Assembly: GCA_964538475.1 (NCBI GenBank)
Contig: CAZIGE010000001.1
Span: 1,498-65,497 of the forward strand
Direction of reading: 5' to 3'
Length of the DNA stretch: 64,000 nt
Source: an uncultured Oscillospiraceae bacterium
GTDB taxonomy: Bacteria; Bacillota; Clostridia; Oscillospirales; Oscillospiraceae
The notes under the pieces were generated by a model. The model made no database searches, was not told the DNA's origin, and worked only from the letters and a program-made list of their open reading frames with translations. A program made the translations under genes and the position numbers. Below are positions 62,300 to 64,000 of this stretch, piece by piece. Every line of letters starts with the position of its first letter. The first letter of the stretch is position 1.

Positions 62300-63469
62300 T
62301 TACGGGAGCGTGTCGCCGCACGGGACATCGGAAACAACGACGCGGTATCCCCGTTCGCGATCCGGCGGCTCAGGTGTATCGCAGAACAGGCCATACAGCG
62401 CTGTGGTGCGCCGCTCCAGCTCCTGATACGGGTGCGCGATGTTCTGTCCGATGTTTTGCAGAATGCTGCTTTCCCTGTGCGCGCGCAGCGTCCGACGGCC
62501 GCGCTCATTAAACCCGAGCACGCGCACATAGGGGACGGGTTCGATAAGTGTCGCTTCGGTGATGCCCAGAAAGGCGCACAGGATCATCCGATCCAGGCGC
62601 GTCCTGGTATAGCGGCGGGACTTGACCTCGGAAATGATCTCCGCGAGCGTACACGCGCGGCGGCTTGCGTGCATCAGCTTTCGCCATAGCCCCTCGGAGC
62701 CGTAGGGAAGCGCTGCAAACTCGTCCTCCTGCATGGAGCGAAGTTTCGCGAGGATCGCCTGTTCGCCGTTTTGCAGCGTATGCACGGGCGCACCGGCAAA
62801 GATCCCGGCGGCGGCGGGCGGCGTATACGCATCCCATGCAAGTCCCTGCACGATCAGACTGCGCAGCGCGGTGGCGGAGGGAGCATCGGCGCGAGCCGTC
62901 GTATCGTGATAATCGCCTGTGCGCAGCAGCGGCAGCAGTTGCATGGACAGACCGCGGGAGATAATAGCCTTGCAGTATTCCACGGCCAGGTTGCTGTTGG
63001 GCGTTTGCAGGCAATCGGTACGCAGGCCGAGCGCGCGCAGCGCCTGCTCCCGCGCGGCGGGAAAGGAAAGACCGTCGCCGAGCCGTGCGCGCAATGCATC
63101 GGAAAATTCGGAGGTACAGAGTGCGGCGGCGGTTTCGGTGAGCAGAGCCGCATCGGCGACCTCCGTGCCGAAGCAGAGTGTATCGCAAAGGTCACCGAGA
63201 ATCTGCACGCCGCCGTCGGCAAACCCTTCTGCGGAGGAAAGCGCGCATGGAATGGGCAGCTCCAGAACAAGATCCGCGCCGCAGGAAAGCGCTGCGTGCG
63301 TGCGCAGCATTTTGTCGAAAACGGCAGGATGGCCGCGCTGCACGAAATTGCCGCTCATCAGGCAAACGACGGTGCTGTCCGCGCCGCAGAGCGCCCGTAT
63401 GTCGCACAGCTGCCTGTGGTGGCCGAGATGGAAGGGGTTATATTCGCAGATCACACCGACGGTACGCAA
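62300..63469 (-). CDS. tmcAL: tRNA(Met) cytidine acetate ligase-like nucleotidyltransferase (YlbM/TmcAL)
   Basis: EYNPFHLGH, MSGNFVQRG, GADLVLELP, PNSNLAVEY, SATALR, RYTRTRLDR; TTG start with AAGGAGG RBS. Confidence 0.85.
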   Translation of the reverse strand: MRTVGVICEYNPFHLGHHRQLCDIRALCGADSTVVCLMSGNFVQRGHPAVFDKMLRTHAALSCGADLVLELPIPCALSSAEGFADGGVQILGDLCDTLCFGTEVADAALLTETAAALCTSEFSDALRARLGDGLSFPAAREQALRALGLRTDCLQTPNSNLAVEYCKAIISRGLSMQLLPLLRTGDYHDTTARADAPSATALRSLIVQGLAWDAYTPPAAAGIFAGAPVHTLQNGEQAILAKLRSMQEDEFAALPYGSEGLWRKLMHASRRACTLAEIISEVKSRRYTRTRLDRMILCAFLGITEATLIEPVPYVRVLGFNERGRRTLRAHRESSILQNIGQNIAHPYQELERRTTALYGLFCDTPEPPDRERGYRVVVSDVPCGDTLP

Positions 63470-63599
63470 AGAACGTCCCTCCTTCGGAAAAAATGAAAAA
63501 ATTTGCAATAAGGGCTTGAGAATTGCGGATAAATAAGGTAATATTATAATATCATGATCCTGCGGAAATGAAAACAATTTTTTTAGGAGGAATTCATCC

Positions 63600-64000
63600 A
63601 TGAACATTCTTATCATCAATGCCGGTTCTTCCAGCCTGAAGTACCAGCTGATGGATCCCGATACCGGTGTTGTCAGCGCAAAGGGCCTTTGCGAGCGCAT
63701 CGGGATCGACGGCCGCCTGAATCACAAGGTCGGTGACCGCAAGGTGGTGAAGGACATCCCCATGCCCACCCATTCCGAGGCCATTGCGGCAACGCTGGAC
63801 ATTCTGGTCGATCCGACGGACGGCGTGATCGGCTCCGTGAACGAGATCGATGCGGTCGGCCACCGCGTCCTGCACGGCGGCATGGAGTTTTTCGACTCGT
63901 GCATCATTGATGACGATGTGGTGTGCAGTGCCGCCAAGCGGGAGATCGTGCGCCGGTATTACACCGCCCTGGCCGACTGCCGGAGGGGGCAGGGCAGCGA
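63600..64000 (+). CDS. ackA: Acetate kinase N-terminal part (not in ORF track; runs off window; chimeric after ~63920)
   Basis: MNILIINAGSSSLKYQL, KGLCERIG, AVGHRVLHGG; AGGAGG RBS. Confidence 0.9.
   Translation, partial: MNILIINAGSSSLKYQLMDPDTGVVSAKGLCERIGIDGRLNHKVGDRKVVKDIPMPTHSEAIAATLDILVDPTDGVIGSVNEIDAVGHRVLHGGMEFFDSCIIDDDVVCSAAKREIVRRYYTALADCRRGQGS

Noticed and set aside
63470-63700. Long N-terminal extension of the 62300-63700 ORF
   Set aside because: Overlaps ackA on the opposite strand; true start is TTG at 63469 with RBS

Overview
Chromosomal window from a GC-rich (~60% by spot counts), spore-forming Firmicute. Gene content and protein style suggest Clostridia, probably Oscillospiraceae (inference). 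1-21.4 kb is housekeeping: GT4, glpK, spmAB, rsmI, tRNA methyltransferase, ferredoxin, a stand-alone ClpC-like ATPase, and a compact dcw cluster from mraZ to ftsZ. About 21.5-52.2 kb is a lower-GC (~40-52% in spot counts) 31-kb carbohydrate island with no mobility genes. It holds three LacI regulators with visible operators and two intracellular catabolic operons. The first is isomerase, FGGY kinase, DUF4432 epimerase, dehydrogenases and an orphan transketolase N-subunit. The second is class II aldolase, KdgK, YhcH, Eda, dehydrogenases and an MBL lactonase-like protein. The island also encodes two surface proteins built from a repeated ~185-aa domain I do not recognise, two lipoprotein GH36 glycosidases, an ABC importer and a cytoplasmic GH36. 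No Leloir genes and no sugar-acid dehydratase are present, so the substrate and route look undescribed. This island is the best candidate for a new system. 52.3-64 kb returns to core genes: XRE membrane regulator, MATE, a 70-bp IS3-like MITE plus a REP-like repeat, nadE, pgm, tex, HAD, tmcAL and ackA. ackA appears to switch to an unrelated protein at ~63.92 kb, a probable assembly chimera. All calls are by-eye motif recognition; no searches were run.
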